Source of the DNA: Vulcanimicrobiota bacterium
GTDB taxonomy: Bacteria > Vulcanimicrobiota > Vulcanimicrobiia > Vulcanimicrobiales > Vulcanimicrobiaceae
Length of the DNA stretch: 64,000 nt
Direction: 5' to 3'
Assembly (NCBI GenBank): GCA_963786105.1
Contig: CAWAXX010000018.1
Location: 96,001 to 160,000 of the forward strand
Both the position numbers and the translations under genes were made by a program. Below are positions 37,065 to 47,784 of the stretch, piece after piece. The number at the start of each line of letters is the position of its first letter. The first letter of the stretch is position 1. The notes below the pieces were generated by a model. It was given only the letters and a program-made list of their open reading frames with translations. It was not told the DNA's origin and ran no database searches.

Positions 37065-37425
37065 ACAGCGCCTCGAAAATTTCTTGGCCCGTAAATCCCC
37101 GGTGCTGCAGCGATGCGACGAACTTTTCGGTCGCCTCGCGCAACGTTTGCGCGCGCTGGTGGCGGTCGGGGCGCGGAATGTCTCCGGAAACGCGCGTACC
37201 GCGCCGGCCGTCGCCGATTAACCAGCCCGCTGCCTGCAGCTCGGCGTAGGCGCGCGCTACCGTATTCGGCGCAACGCCAAGATCGCCGGCGAGTTGTCGC
37301 ACCGGAGGCAACGCCATATCCGGCTGCAGCTCGCCGCGCTCGATCGTCGCGCGGATCTGTTCGACGATCTGGCGGTACGGCGGGGCCTCGAGCGATTCGT
37401 CGACGACGAGATAGGAACCGCTCAC
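37042..37425 (-). CDS. GntR-family (YtrA subfamily) regulator
   Basis: PPYRQI, LPPVRQLA.DL..APNTVARAY, short C-terminal domain. Confidence 0.93.
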   Translation of the reverse strand: MSGSYLVVDESLEAPPYRQIVEQIRATIERGELQPDMALPPVRQLAGDLGVAPNTVARAYAELQAAGWLIGDGRRGTRVSGDIPRPDRHQRAQTLREATEKFVASLQHRGFTGQEIFEALSSFDYAR

Positions 37426-38222
37426 GTCACGAGAAGTCGTTTGCGCATCGGGTTCAGGCTGACGACGATGACGACCAGGAAGGCGATCGTCACGACCCAG
37501 GTCACCGCGGCGAACACGGGTGGCCCCGAGCGCAACGCGGCTCCCGCAAGCAGCACCAGCACGGTCGGCGGCGCGCAGGCGAGCGCGACGAGACCGGTCG
37601 CACGGCAGAATCGTACGTGTTCGTCAACGAGATATTCCAGCTGCGCGTCGTCGCCGAAGAGCATCGCCGGAGCGATGGCGACCCGCCACGCGATCGCGCA
37701 GAGCGCAATCCCCGAAACGACCGCCGCGATTGCCGCAATTCGGTACTCGGGGAAGGCTGCAAACGCTGCCGCGCCGGCGAGACAAATCGCCCAGGACGCC
37801 AAGACGAGCGGCGGCAACGAGGTCCACGCCGTTCTGCGCGTAAGCGGCGCGATTCGGCGCTCGGACAGCCGGCGAAAATGCAGATATGCCAACAGCGTCG
37901 CGACGGCCAACGCCAAGCAGCTGGCGGCATACGGAACGACGCTCGGTACCGCGGGGATCAGTCCGATTGCGGCCATCGCGATGGTGAAGACCCCTGCGTA
38001 CCGCGTGTATAGGTCGGTCCCCTCGGCGTCCGTGCGAGCGGCAAGCACGCGCGCTAGACGCTCGCGCTGCTCCGGTGCGAGACCGGCACGCGCGCCGCGA
38101 AAGTACAGCCGTATGCCGCCAAAACAGCCCGGCGTGGCAATCTCGAGGATCCCGAGGAGCGCTACCATGAGAACGGTCGCCCCACGGGCGAGTTGATCCG
38201 GTGTAAAGTGATCGAGAATCAT
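37422..38222 (-). CDS. Hypothetical integral membrane protein
   Basis: About seven hydrophobic segments; GTGA overlap with the GntR gene. Confidence 0.75.
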   Translation of the reverse strand: MILDHFTPDQLARGATVLMVALLGILEIATPGCFGGIRLYFRGARAGLAPEQRERLARVLAARTDAEGTDLYTRYAGVFTIAMAAIGLIPAVPSVVPYAASCLALAVATLLAYLHFRRLSERRIAPLTRRTAWTSLPPLVLASWAICLAGAAAFAAFPEYRIAAIAAVVSGIALCAIAWRVAIAPAMLFGDDAQLEYLVDEHVRFCRATGLVALACAPPTVLVLLAGAALRSGPPVFAAVTWVVTIAFLVVIVVSLNPMRKRLLVT

Positions 38223-38261
38223 TGTATCAGGATACTAATACAATCGCCCCGTTTGTGTCAA
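38221..38261 (-). promoter_or_regulatory. YtrA-type operator overlapping promoter and start codon
   Basis: ATTGTATCAG-GATA-CTAATACAAT (38221-38244; 9/10 inverted repeat). TTGACA on the minus strand at 38256-38261. Confidence 0.8.
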
Positions 38262-38277
38262 GTGGCTGGTACAAACT

Positions 38278-39015
38278 TTACGAGGACGGCGCCTCGTCGA
38301 GATGGGCCAGCCAGAAATCGAAGCTCGCGCGCGCCTGCGCTTCCAACATCGCATCGCCGGCTACGACCTCGCGTTCGAGATGGCGTGCCAGGGTTGCGCG
38401 GCTTCCATAGTTTGCGTCGACGACGACGTCGGGAGATCGCAACGCCGCGACCAGGTCTCCCGGGATATCGGCATTCGGCGGCAGGGTGCTCACGACGATT
38501 TCCGGCACGTTTTCCGCCGGCCATGCGTCGGCTTCAAAGCGCTCGCAGACGTTTCTGACGCGAGTCGGATCGCGCCCCCAAACGAACGCATACGCATCGT
38601 TGTCGTGGAGTTCTGCGAGAATTGCCCGCGCGGTCGCGCCGTATCCAAGCACGCCGATTCGCTTGAGTGCGATCGGTTCTTCGATGAGCGCCTCGAGCGC
38701 CATCCGCGCGCCGATACCGTCGGTGTTGGTTCCGAGTATCCGGCGCCCGAAGAAAATCGTATTGACGGCCTGCGCGCGCCGCGCTTCTTCGGTGAGAGCG
38801 TCGCACGCCTCTACCGCTTCTTCCTTCAAGGGGTAGGTTACGTTGCAACCGGTGTAACCGTCGGCGTGCATGCGTCGAATGACGCGCACGGCGTGTGACT
38901 TCGGTACTCGCAACGCGACGTAGCTGCCGTCGATGTCCGATTCTTCCAAGAAGTCTTGGTGCAGTTGCGGACTCCGGCTGTGCTCCACCGGATCGCCGAT
39001 GACGGCGAGCTTCAC
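38278..39015 (-). CDS. aroE: Shikimate dehydrogenase
   Basis: IGDPVEHSRSP, NVTYPLK, AVNT, NTDG, GYGATA. GTGA overlap with yqeG. Confidence 0.92.
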   Translation of the reverse strand: MKLAVIGDPVEHSRSPQLHQDFLEESDIDGSYVALRVPKSHAVRVIRRMHADGYTGCNVTYPLKEEAVEACDALTEEARRAQAVNTIFFGRRILGTNTDGIGARMALEALIEEPIALKRIGVLGYGATARAILAELHDNDAYAFVWGRDPTRVRNVCERFEADAWPAENVPEIVVSTLPPNADIPGDLVAALRSPDVVVDANYGSRATLARHLEREVVAGDAMLEAQARASFDFWLAHLDEAPSS

Positions 39016-39497
39016 GGCACCCGGCGATTCGGAAGCATCAGCCGTTCGAAGAATCGAAAGAAGCCCGTGAGCGCCAGATCCTTGGCCTCGATTGGCTCGG
39101 TAAGAATCGTATACAAGCCGCAGAGTTTTCCGCCGAGTACGTCGGTGAAAAGCTGATCGCCTACGACGGCGATCTCGCGACGACGCAGCTGCAGCGCCTG
39201 TACCGCGCGCAAGAAGCCGAACGGCAACGGTTTGAGCGCGTTGGGAATGCAGGCGACGTTCAGCTGGGCGGCGATGGCGGTAACGCGCGCCGAGAAGTTG
39301 TTCGAGAGCATGACGATCCGGAAGCCGCGGTCGTGGGCGCGCGCGACCCACTCGAGGTGCTCGCGCGCCAATTCCGTCTCCCGAAATCCCAGCAACGTGT
39401 TGTCGAGATCGACGATCAGGCCTCGAATGCCGGCCGCTTCGAGCTCTTCATGCGGCACGTCGTGAAGCCGCGCGGCAAACCGGTTCGGGCCGAGCAT
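39012..39497 (-). CDS. YqeG-family HAD IIIA phosphatase
   Basis: DLDNTL, SNN, KP, VGDQLFTDVLGG. Confidence 0.93.
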   Translation of the reverse strand: MLGPNRFAARLHDVPHEELEAAGIRGLIVDLDNTLLGFRETELAREHLEWVARAHDRGFRIVMLSNNFSARVTAIAAQLNVACIPNALKPLPFGFLRAVQALQLRRREIAVVGDQLFTDVLGGKLCGLYTILTEPIEAKDLALTGFFRFFERLMLPNRRVP

Positions 39498-39613
39498 TGG
39501 CCCTGGGTTGTACCGGCTATCCCCGGTATCCTCGAAGATCTCCACAGCCGACCCACCGCCCGCGGCCAGGTCGCCAGCGTATCCGCCATTTTTCGAGGCT
39601 AACCACAGCCGGC

Positions 39614-39652
39614 CCACAAGGAGTTGTGCAGAACGACCCCAATATCTTGTGG
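39614..39652 (+). promoter_or_regulatory. Tandem NrdR boxes upstream of nrdJ
   Basis: CCCCAATATCTTGTGG (39637-39652) fits acaCwAtATaTwGtgt; degenerate CCACAAGGAGTTGTGC at 39614-39629. Overlaps a TTGTGG-N17-CACAAT promoter. Confidence 0.8.
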
Positions 39653-39791
39653 TATTCCGCTCGGTATGGCACAATAGGTGACCCGGGCCTTGCTTCGGCG
39701 CAGGTATGTAGCGAACAGGTGTTCGCACCGCTCTTCGCCAAGGAGTTGGGTCCCAAGCTCAGCGAGCGAGCCAGGCAAGGAGCAGCTTCGT

Positions 39792-42700
39792 ATGAAGTTT
39801 CGGCGCACGTACTCCACTCCCGAAGACCCCTATGCAGGCGTCGTCTTCGAACCGCGAACCTCCCGCATCGTCAACCCCGACGGATCGGTGATTTTCGAGG
39901 CCGAGGACGTCATGGTGCCGGCGGCGTGGAGTCAGGTCGCGGTCGACGTCCTCGCTCAGAAGTACTGCCGGAAGGCGGGCATCCCAAAGGCGATAAAGCC
40001 GGTCGAGGAAGAGGGCGTTCCGGATTGGCTGTGGCGTAGCGTCGCCGACGAGGCGGCCCTCGAAGACGTCCCGCGCAACGATCAGTTCGGACCCGAGCGG
40101 GACGCGCGCCAAGTTTTTAACCGTTTGGCCGGCTGCTGGACCTATTGGGGTTGGAAGTACGGCTATTTCGACACAGAAAGCGACGCCCGCATTTACCATG
40201 ACGAAATGTGCGCCATGCTGGCGCGCCAAATCGGCGCACCCAATTCGCCACAATTTTTCAACACCGGACTCCATTGGGCGTACGGCATTTCCGGGCCGTC
40301 GCAAGGGCATTACTTCGTCGATCCGGCGACCGCGCAGGCGCAGCCGTCGACCGATTCGTTCACCCATCCGCAGGTAAGTGCGTGCTTCATCCTCGGCATC
40401 GAAGACGACCTGACCAACGAGGGTGGCATCTTCGACGGCGTCACTCGCGAAGCGCGCATCTTTAAGGGCGGAAGCGGCAGCGGTGCGAATTTTTCAAAGA
40501 TTCGCGCGGCCGGCGAAAAGTTGACGGGTGGCGGAACGTCGAGCGGCTTGATGTCATTTCTCAAGGTGTTCGATCGCGCCGCCGGGGCGATCAAGTCCGG
40601 TGGAACGACGCGCCGCGCCGCCAAGATGGTCGTGCTCAACGCCGATCATCCCGATGTCGAAGACTTCGTCAACTGGAAAGTACGCGAGGAGCGCAAAGTC
40701 GCCGATCTCGTCGTCGGTTCGCGCATCTTCGAAAAGCATATCAACGCGATCATCTCGGCGGCCCACGACACACGCGTTCCAGAGCACGCTCGGCTCGATC
40801 CGGCACTGAACGCCTCCCTCCGCCAGGCGATCCGGGAAGCGATCTCGCTGGGAATTCCGTCGGGCGCCACCCAATCCGCCCTCGACTACGCGCGTCAAGG
40901 TTACACGCGGCTTGAAGTCGAGCAATACGACACCGCCTGGGATTCCGAAGCGTACATCACGGTTTCAGGTCAGAACTCCAACAACTCGGTCCGCCTGACG
41001 AACGAATTTTCAACGCTCTCGACCACGACGACGACTGGCACCTGAAGTGGCGCACCAACGGCGGCGTCGCCAAGACGATCAAGGCGCGCGACTTGTGGGA
41101 GCAGATCGGCATCGCCGCCTGGCAGTCGGCCGATCCGGGTCTTCAGTTCGACGACACGATACAAGAGTGGCACACGTGCGCGAGCGACGAGCGGATCAAC
41201 GCAACGAATCCGTGCGTCACTGGTGATACCCTCGTGGCAACTGCCGACGGCCCGCAACGCATCCGAGACCTGGTCGGCAAAGCCGCGTTCGTAATCGGGG
41301 GAGACGGGCGCCCGCATTTCGTCAACAAGATCTTTCCAACCGGTACAAAGCCTGTCTTCCGCCTGCGCACCAAGGCCGGATACGAGATCGACCTCACCGC
41401 GGAGCACAAAGTGTGGACCGAGAATCGCGGCGACGTTCCTGCCACCGATCTCGTAGCAGGTGATCGATTTGCGCTCAGCGGGTCCGGGTTTGGTTCCGAA
41501 TCGCTCGAACCGGGGCTAGCCCTGGGAATCGGGATCGCCGTAGGCGATGGCTGCGTGACCAACGCGACTAGGCCCGGCCTCATCCTCACGATGTCCGAGG
41601 AAGAGGCACCGGTTCTCGCGAGTATTGCCGAGGCGATCAACATTCGCAAATCGCGCGCAGCGGATGGTCGAGGTCGACGGTCGACATCGGTTACCATACC
41701 GGCACGAGGAACCGGTTCCCGCATCTCCGTCGGGAACGCCGATATCGTCGGGCTTTTTGGCCGGTATGCCGTACTGAATCAAGGGAGCGCCGCAAAACGC
41801 TTCACCGACGCCATCTACAAGCTGGACCAACCATCTACCGCCAAAGTGCTGCGCGGTCTGTTCACCGCTGATGGGACGGTCGCCAACTACGGAACGAAAT
41901 CTCAGTACGTCTCGCTCGATTCGCGTTCGCTGACATTACTTAAGCAAACGCAACATCTTCTTCTGTCTTTCGGCGTAAAGTCCAAGCTCTATACCGATCG
42001 CAGAACCAGTCTTTCAGGGAATTGTCCGAATGGTAATGGAGGACTTGCGCGATACGATGCGCTTCAGATGCACTCGCTTCGTATCTCGCGCTCTTCGCGC
42101 CTTATCTTCGAACGAGAGATCGGATTTCACCCTCAGTCGCACAAGTCGATCGCCCTTCGGGCACTCAACAGCTCGATTGTGTGTTACGCCGACCCCCTCT
42201 TCGATGACTTTCAGTCCCTTGATCCGATCGGTACGCGCGACGTCTTCGATCTTACCGAGAACGACACTCAACACTTCGTCGCAAACGGTTTGCGAATACA
42301 CAATTGTTCAGAATACGTATTCATAGATGATACCGCGTGTAATTTGTCAAGTCTGAACCTCGTTAAATTCCTCAACGACGACGGCAACTTTGACGCGAAA
42401 AGATTCGCCGAGGCTTCGCGCGTTTGGACGACCACGCTGGAAATTTCGGTGACCATGGGTCAGATGCCATCAAAGCGAATCGCCGAGAAGAATCACCTGT
42501 ACCGCACGCTCGGCCTGGGATATGCCAACCTCGGGACGCTGCTCATGCGCATGGGTTTGCCGTACGATTCCGAGGAAGGCTTCGGCTGGTGCGCGGCCAT
42601 CTCGGCGCTCATGACGGGGGCGGCGTATCGCACCTCCGCAGAGATGGCGCAAAACCTCGGTGCCTTCGCCCGCTTCGAAGCCAATCGTGACTCGATGCTC

Positions 42701-44536
42701 CGCGTGATCCGCAACCATCGCCGCGCCGCCTACAACGCGCAGGACGCGGAATACGAACAACTCAGCACGACGCCGGTAACCCACGCCCCCACGCTCTTCA
42801 CCCAAGAAACGTGGGCGTTGGCACGCAAAATGTGGGACGACGCACTATCGATCGGCGAAGTTGCCGGCTTCCGCAACGCGCAGACCGTTGTGATCGCCCC
42901 GACTGGCACTATCGGTTTGGTCATGGATTGTGACACGACCGGCATCGAACCCGACTTTGCCCTAGTGAAATTCAAAAAACTCGCCGGCGGTGGGTACTTC
43001 AAGATCGTCAACCAGTCGGTCGACGCCGCGCTCCACAAACTCGGCTACTCGGACGAGCAGATTCTCGCGATCGAAACGTACGCTAAGGGTACCGGAACGC
43101 TCGAAGAAGCGCCGCATATCAACAGAGCGACGCTCAAAGCCAAAGGCTTCGACGACGACGCGATCGCGCGCGTCGAGGCCGTTCTGCCGAGTGCGTTCGA
43201 GCTGCCGTTCGTTTTTAATAAGTTCGTTCTCGGCGAAGCGTTTTGCATCGAGAAGCTCGGCATTCCGGAGGAGCGCCTCAACGATTGGAGCTTCTCCTTA
43301 CTTCGCGACGGCCTGGGCTTTGTGACCCAGCAGATCGAGGAGGCCTCGGCGCACATTTGCGGCCGCATGACGGTCGAAGGCGCGCCGTATCTCAAAGACG
43401 AGCACCTCGCGGTGTTCGATTGTGCCACACCGTGCGGACGATACGGATCGCGGTACATTCGCCCGCTGGCGCACGTCGATATGATGGCGGCGGCGCAACC
43501 GTTCGTCTCGGGAGCGATCAGCAAGACGATCAACTTCCCGCAGACGGCGACCATCGACGAAGTCAAGGAAGCCTACCGGTACTCGTGGGAGCGCATGATC
43601 AAAGCGGTCGCGCTGTATCGCGACGGTTCCAAGCTCTCGCAGCCGCTGGCCGCAAGCTACGATCTCGGTTCCGATGCCGGCGACGACCAGGTTGCCGCCA
43701 CGCAGTCACCGCAGCTTTTCGCGACGCCGATGCAGGTGGCCGAAAAAATCGTCTACCGTTACATTGCCAAACGGCGCCGGATGCCTCAACGCCGCAGCGG
43801 GTATACGCAAAAGGCCGTCATCTCCGGTCATAAGGTGTATCTGCGCACCGGCGAGTACGAAGGCGGCCAGCTCGGCGAAATCTTCATCGACATGCACAAG
43901 GAGGGCGCCGCCTTCCGCTCGCTGATGAACAACTTCGCCATTGCCATCTCGCTGGGTCTGCAACACGGCGTCCCACTCGAAGAGTTCGTAGAAGCCTTCA
44001 CGTTCACGCGTTTCGAGCCGAACGGGCCAGTCAGCGGACACGATCACATCAAGATGGCGACGTCGATCCTCGACTACATCTTCCGCGAGCTCGCGGTCAG
44101 CTACCTCGGGCGCTACGATCTCGCGCACGTGCAGCCCTCGATGCAGATGGACGCGATGGGCCCCGAGCCGCATGACGAATTCATCGCCGAGGAAGAGGGC
44201 GGCGTCAACGTTCGGCCGGCCGGGGTCGCGGAGCGTCTCCATCCGGTGAGCACCCATCTGCACCCCGGTCAAACGCCTCAGCCTGGGTCGTCGCAACCCG
44301 TCGCAAGCGTCGCAAGCGTCGCAACGTCGGCGGCCGGCGCGTCGCCGGCACTCGGCACCGGTACCGCTTCGTCGGGAACCTCTACCGCAACGCTTGCGCG
44401 GTCCGAAGCCGTTAACGCCTCAAAAGCAAAGGGCTATACGGGCAATGCGTGCCTGGAATGCGGTCAACTCACCATGGTTCGCAATGGCGCCTGTGAGAAA
44501 TGCGATTCGTGCGGAGCGACGTCGGGCTGCAGCTAA
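39792..44536 (+). CDS. nrdJ: Adenosylcobalamin-dependent class II ribonucleotide reductase, intein-containing, with a 1-nt frameshift at about 41007-41010
   Basis: [62 protein letters not shown]-like domain, C-terminal Cys4 ribbon. Two ORFs join if one T is added. Confidence 0.93.
41213..42304 (+). mobile_element. Intein (364 aa) with LAGLIDADG homing endonuclease
   Basis: Starts [10 protein letters not shown], block B LTAEHKV, endonuclease motifs IGIAVGDG and LRGLFTADG, ends VFDLTE...[11 protein letters not shown] followed by Cys of CSEY. Confidence 0.96.
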
Positions 44537-44545
44537 AAGCGAAGT

Positions 44546-45736
44546 TTAAGGTGGCGGCGGCGCTACGTAATTCCAGCCGTGCACTTTCGCAATCGCGTTG
44601 AGTACGGCGTTGCCGGCACGCAAACCGACGTCGGAATCCGTCATGATTACTGCGCCGTTTCCGGTGTCCGCAAACATTACCATCGTGGCCTGATAACCTA
44701 TGTTTCCACCGATGTGCCCAAAACGATGATGGGCGCCGACAACAACTCCAAATCCCATGCGGTCTGGATCGTCGCCCGTACCGAGAATATTGATTACCCC
44801 AGTACTCCACTGCGGCGTAATCATCGCCTCTGCCGTACGCGTCGAGAGAACCCGATGCGCTATACCGCGCGATTCAAGCGCAATCTCGATAGCTAGTTTC
44901 GCTAAATCGCTGGGTGTCGTCCACAATCCTCCTGCCGCCATCTCAGGTTGAACGTGCCAACCGCCGACTACTGGTGTGCCGCCAATCAGGGTTCCTCGCG
45001 CAGCACCAAGAGCTAACCGCGGCGGCAACGGTTGTTCGAAAGTGCTCTGCGTCATGCCGATCGGCGAGAAAACTAACCGTTGCATGAGCTGCGGGAACGT
45101 CTCGCCGGTCACATCCATCATCACTTCTTGCAAGACAAGGTACGCATTGCCGGAATAAGACCATTGCGAGCCGGGGACGCGCGTGACGACGATGGGATCG
45201 TTCATGGCGGGCCTCTCGCCGTTGAGGATCTGCACTAGAGACGGGACCGGCGTCCCGATCGCGTATCCTGGAAAAAAGTCGCCGCCGGTGATTCCCGACG
45301 TATGGTCAAGCAAACGCATCAGCGTTACTTTTTGACTGGCGACAAATGCGCTCGGTGGAATCTTCCAGGCCTTCAGACCCGAGTTCACGTCGGAGCCCAA
45401 CGACAGTTTGCCCGCATCCACCATCACGAGCGCCCCCACGGCAGTCACCGATTTGCTGATCGAACCGGCGAGAAAAAGCGTGCGCGACGTGACCGCAGTC
45501 GAACCGCCCGGCTCTGTGACACCGTAGCCCTTGGCCCATACGATTTTATAGCCCTGAATGACCGCGACGCTCATTCCGGGTATGCCGTTTGCCCTCATCA
45601 GAGCTCCGATGTCGACGCTGCTTTCCACCGCTGCGGCAGGATTCTCGGCGCATAACGGCATCGGGATCGCAAGCGCGAAGGCGAGCGCGATCCCCGGAAC
45701 AGCCTTAAGCAAGTTCACAATACCGACCCCTACCAT
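44546..45736 (-). CDS. Secreted serine hydrolase, beta-lactamase class C-like family
   Basis: Signal peptide; GSISK, LLDHTSG, YSG, HIGG. Confidence 0.92.
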   Translation of the reverse strand: MVGVGIVNLLKAVPGIALAFALAIPMPLCAENPAAAVESSVDIGALMRANGIPGMSVAVIQGYKIVWAKGYGVTEPGGSTAVTSRTLFLAGSISKSVTAVGALVMVDAGKLSLGSDVNSGLKAWKIPPSAFVASQKVTLMRLLDHTSGITGGDFFPGYAIGTPVPSLVQILNGERPAMNDPIVVTRVPGSQWSYSGNAYLVLQEVMMDVTGETFPQLMQRLVFSPIGMTQSTFEQPLPPRLALGAARGTLIGGTPVVGGWHVQPEMAAGGLWTTPSDLAKLAIEIALESRGIAHRVLSTRTAEAMITPQWSTGVINILGTGDDPDRMGFGVVVGAHHRFGHIGGNIGYQATMVMFADTGNGAVIMTDSDVGLRAGNAVLNAIAKVHGWNYVAPPPP

Positions 45737-45835
45737 TGCCAGAGGTACGGCGTCGCAGCCAACCGTGTTTCGACGTCGTTATGCCCGCACTTACCGGTAA
45801 TAATCCGATGACGCCGCGTGCGCTAGCCAGGGGGC

Positions 45836-47614
45836 TCATCCTCCCGGGGTTAGTTCGCCTTTCCCCTCGAGAAGAGGCTTCAGAAACTGGCCGTCGTTGA
45901 CGCCGACTTCGGCTGCGATGAGATCGTTGAGTAACTTGTTCATGCGCAAGATCGTGTCGCGGTTCTTCTCGGGCTCGAGCACGAGGTTGTGCAACTCGTG
46001 GGGGTCGCTCTCGAGGTCGAAGAGCTGCGCGTCGTTGTTCTTCAGTATTTCCTCCAGCGTCAGCGGCGTGTTAAACGCGGTGGGCGCGTAGTAGCGGCCG
46101 AACTTGTAGCGCCCGTCGAACGCAAACGAAACAAGACCGCGCTTCGTCAAGTTCGCTTGACCGATCGAGGGCTGCGCCGTGTTCAGCATCTGGGAATCCA
46201 TGACGCTTTGGAGATACTTTGCATCGACCGTCGCAAGGCCCAGGTAGTTGAAGAGCACGCCCGGCCGCATCGCGTCGAGCTTGGCTTCTTGCGGGTTTGC
46301 GAGCAATCCGGAGAAGTCGTGTCCGGGCAGCGCTTTCACGTTCGCAGGACGCTGCGTCTCGGGCAGTCCCGTCAATCCGACGAAGGTTGGCACCAAGTCG
46401 AGATGGCTGGTCAGCGCGATGCAGCTGGCGCCGGACGGCCCCGTCGGATGGGCGATAATCATCGGCACGTGCGCGTTTTGCTCGTAGACGAAGGGCCCTT
46501 TGCCCTTCAGACCGCCGTGGGAACCCCCCATCTCGCCGTGATCCGCCGTGAACACAATAACGGTGTCGCGCCACAAATCCATCTCGTTGAAGACGTCGAC
46601 AACCTGTTTAACGTTCCGTTCGTTGTCTTGTATCGTATTCAAGTAGTAGTTGTAGAAGATCGTCCACATATCGGTCCGATCGGCCGGGATCGTGCCGGAC
46701 CAACCATCCCAGCCTTTTCGGTACTCGTCGAGAGCACTCGGCATTCCGTCGGATGTGAGCGATTCCGCAAGGCTCTCCGGTAGCGTGAGCGCCCATTTCC
46801 GTTCGTAAATGGAGTTTGGCGGTGGGGGCGGCGTCGCCGCTGGGGTCACGGGCTTCTGAACCGCCGGTTCGCCTGGAACGTTACCGTCACCGTACATGAT
46901 GTCGTGCGGATTCACAAAGCTTGCAACCATGAAGAACGGTTGGCCGCCGCTCTTGCGCGATTGCATCGCGGCGTTGCGGAGCCAGCGCACGCTTTCACCG
47001 GCGATGAAGGGATCGTTTTCGAAGCCGCTGAGGGGAGCGCTCCCGATGTCGCCGCCGGCGCCGAACATGTCAAAGCCATAGGCCGCGGCGGCGGTGCTGT
47101 AGTTGACGGTTGATTCGGGGGTGAGGATCCCCTTGTCCATTTCGAACTTGCCGAAGTACGCGGTTTTATATCCGAGCTCTTTTAGCACCGAGCCGACGTT
47201 CGGAATGTTCGGATTCAGTGTCGGCACAAAGGCGAACTGCTGCTGGTCGATGACGTGATGGTACTGCGGCGGCCGGCCGGTGAGGAACGTGGCGCGCGAC
47301 GGCGTGCACATCGCCGAGGCGGTGTAGTGATTTGCAAACGTGACACCGTTGCTTGCGATCGCATCCGTTCCCGGCAGCGAATACTCCGGACCGCCATGGA
47401 GCTTATGCGTTTGCTGGTCGACGATGATGAAGACGATGTTGTATGGCGGTTGGCCCGGTGGGCCCTTACGCGTGGCTTTAGCGCCCTGTGCCTGCGACGG
47501 CGAAGTCTGCGCGGCACTCGGTAAGCTCGATCCCAGCGCGGCAGCCGCCAGGGTCGATGCTCCCACGATAACGTCGCGACGATTGACGGTCCCTTTCGCA
47601 GTGCCGCTCTTCAT
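45836..47614 (-). CDS. Tat-exported Cys-type sulfatase
   Basis: NRRDVI twin-arginine signal, DQ, CTPSRA..LTG, GK, NPHD, DHGE. SD GGAGG before ATG 47614. Confidence 0.9.
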   Translation of the reverse strand: MKSGTAKGTVNRRDVIVGASTLAAAALGSSLPSAAQTSPSQAQGAKATRKGPPGQPPYNIVFIIVDQQTHKLHGGPEYSLPGTDAIASNGVTFANHYTASAMCTPSRATFLTGRPPQYHHVIDQQQFAFVPTLNPNIPNVGSVLKELGYKTAYFGKFEMDKGILTPESTVNYSTAAAAYGFDMFGAGGDIGSAPLSGFENDPFIAGESVRWLRNAAMQSRKSGGQPFFMVASFVNPHDIMYGDGNVPGEPAVQKPVTPAATPPPPPNSIYERKWALTLPESLAESLTSDGMPSALDEYRKGWDGWSGTIPADRTDMWTIFYNYYLNTIQDNERNVKQVVDVFNEMDLWRDTVIVFTADHGEMGGSHGGLKGKGPFVYEQNAHVPMIIAHPTGPSGASCIALTSHLDLVPTFVGLTGLPETQRPANVKALPGHDFSGLLANPQEAKLDAMRPGVLFNYLGLATVDAKYLQSVMDSQMLNTAQPSIGQANLTKRGLVSFAFDGRYKFGRYYAPTAFNTPLTLEEILKNNDAQLFDLESDPHELHNLVLEPEKNRDTILRMNKLLNDLIAAEVGVNDGQFLKPLLEGKGELTPGG

Positions 47615-47784
47615 GCCAAAATTATCCTCCGGCGGTAGGTTGGCGCACCTTAGGTCCCGCCGACGATTCGACGGCCGAGCGACCGCTCCCGGTACGTTGC
47701 GTTGCCAGGCCCGCGGGCGGATCGCGGGAATACGTACCGGTTGGAATACGTGGACCGTACTTGTAGAAACGGCATCCGCTCGGC

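Noticed and set aside
41001..41045. Programmed -1 ribosomal frameshift in nrdJ
   Set aside because: No X XXY YYZ slippery site or obvious stimulator. Kept only as an unresolved indel.
44290..44324. Four GTCGCAA repeats at 9-10 nt spacing
   Set aside because: Low-complexity in-frame linker (VASVASVA) of NrdJ; not a CRISPR or iteron array.
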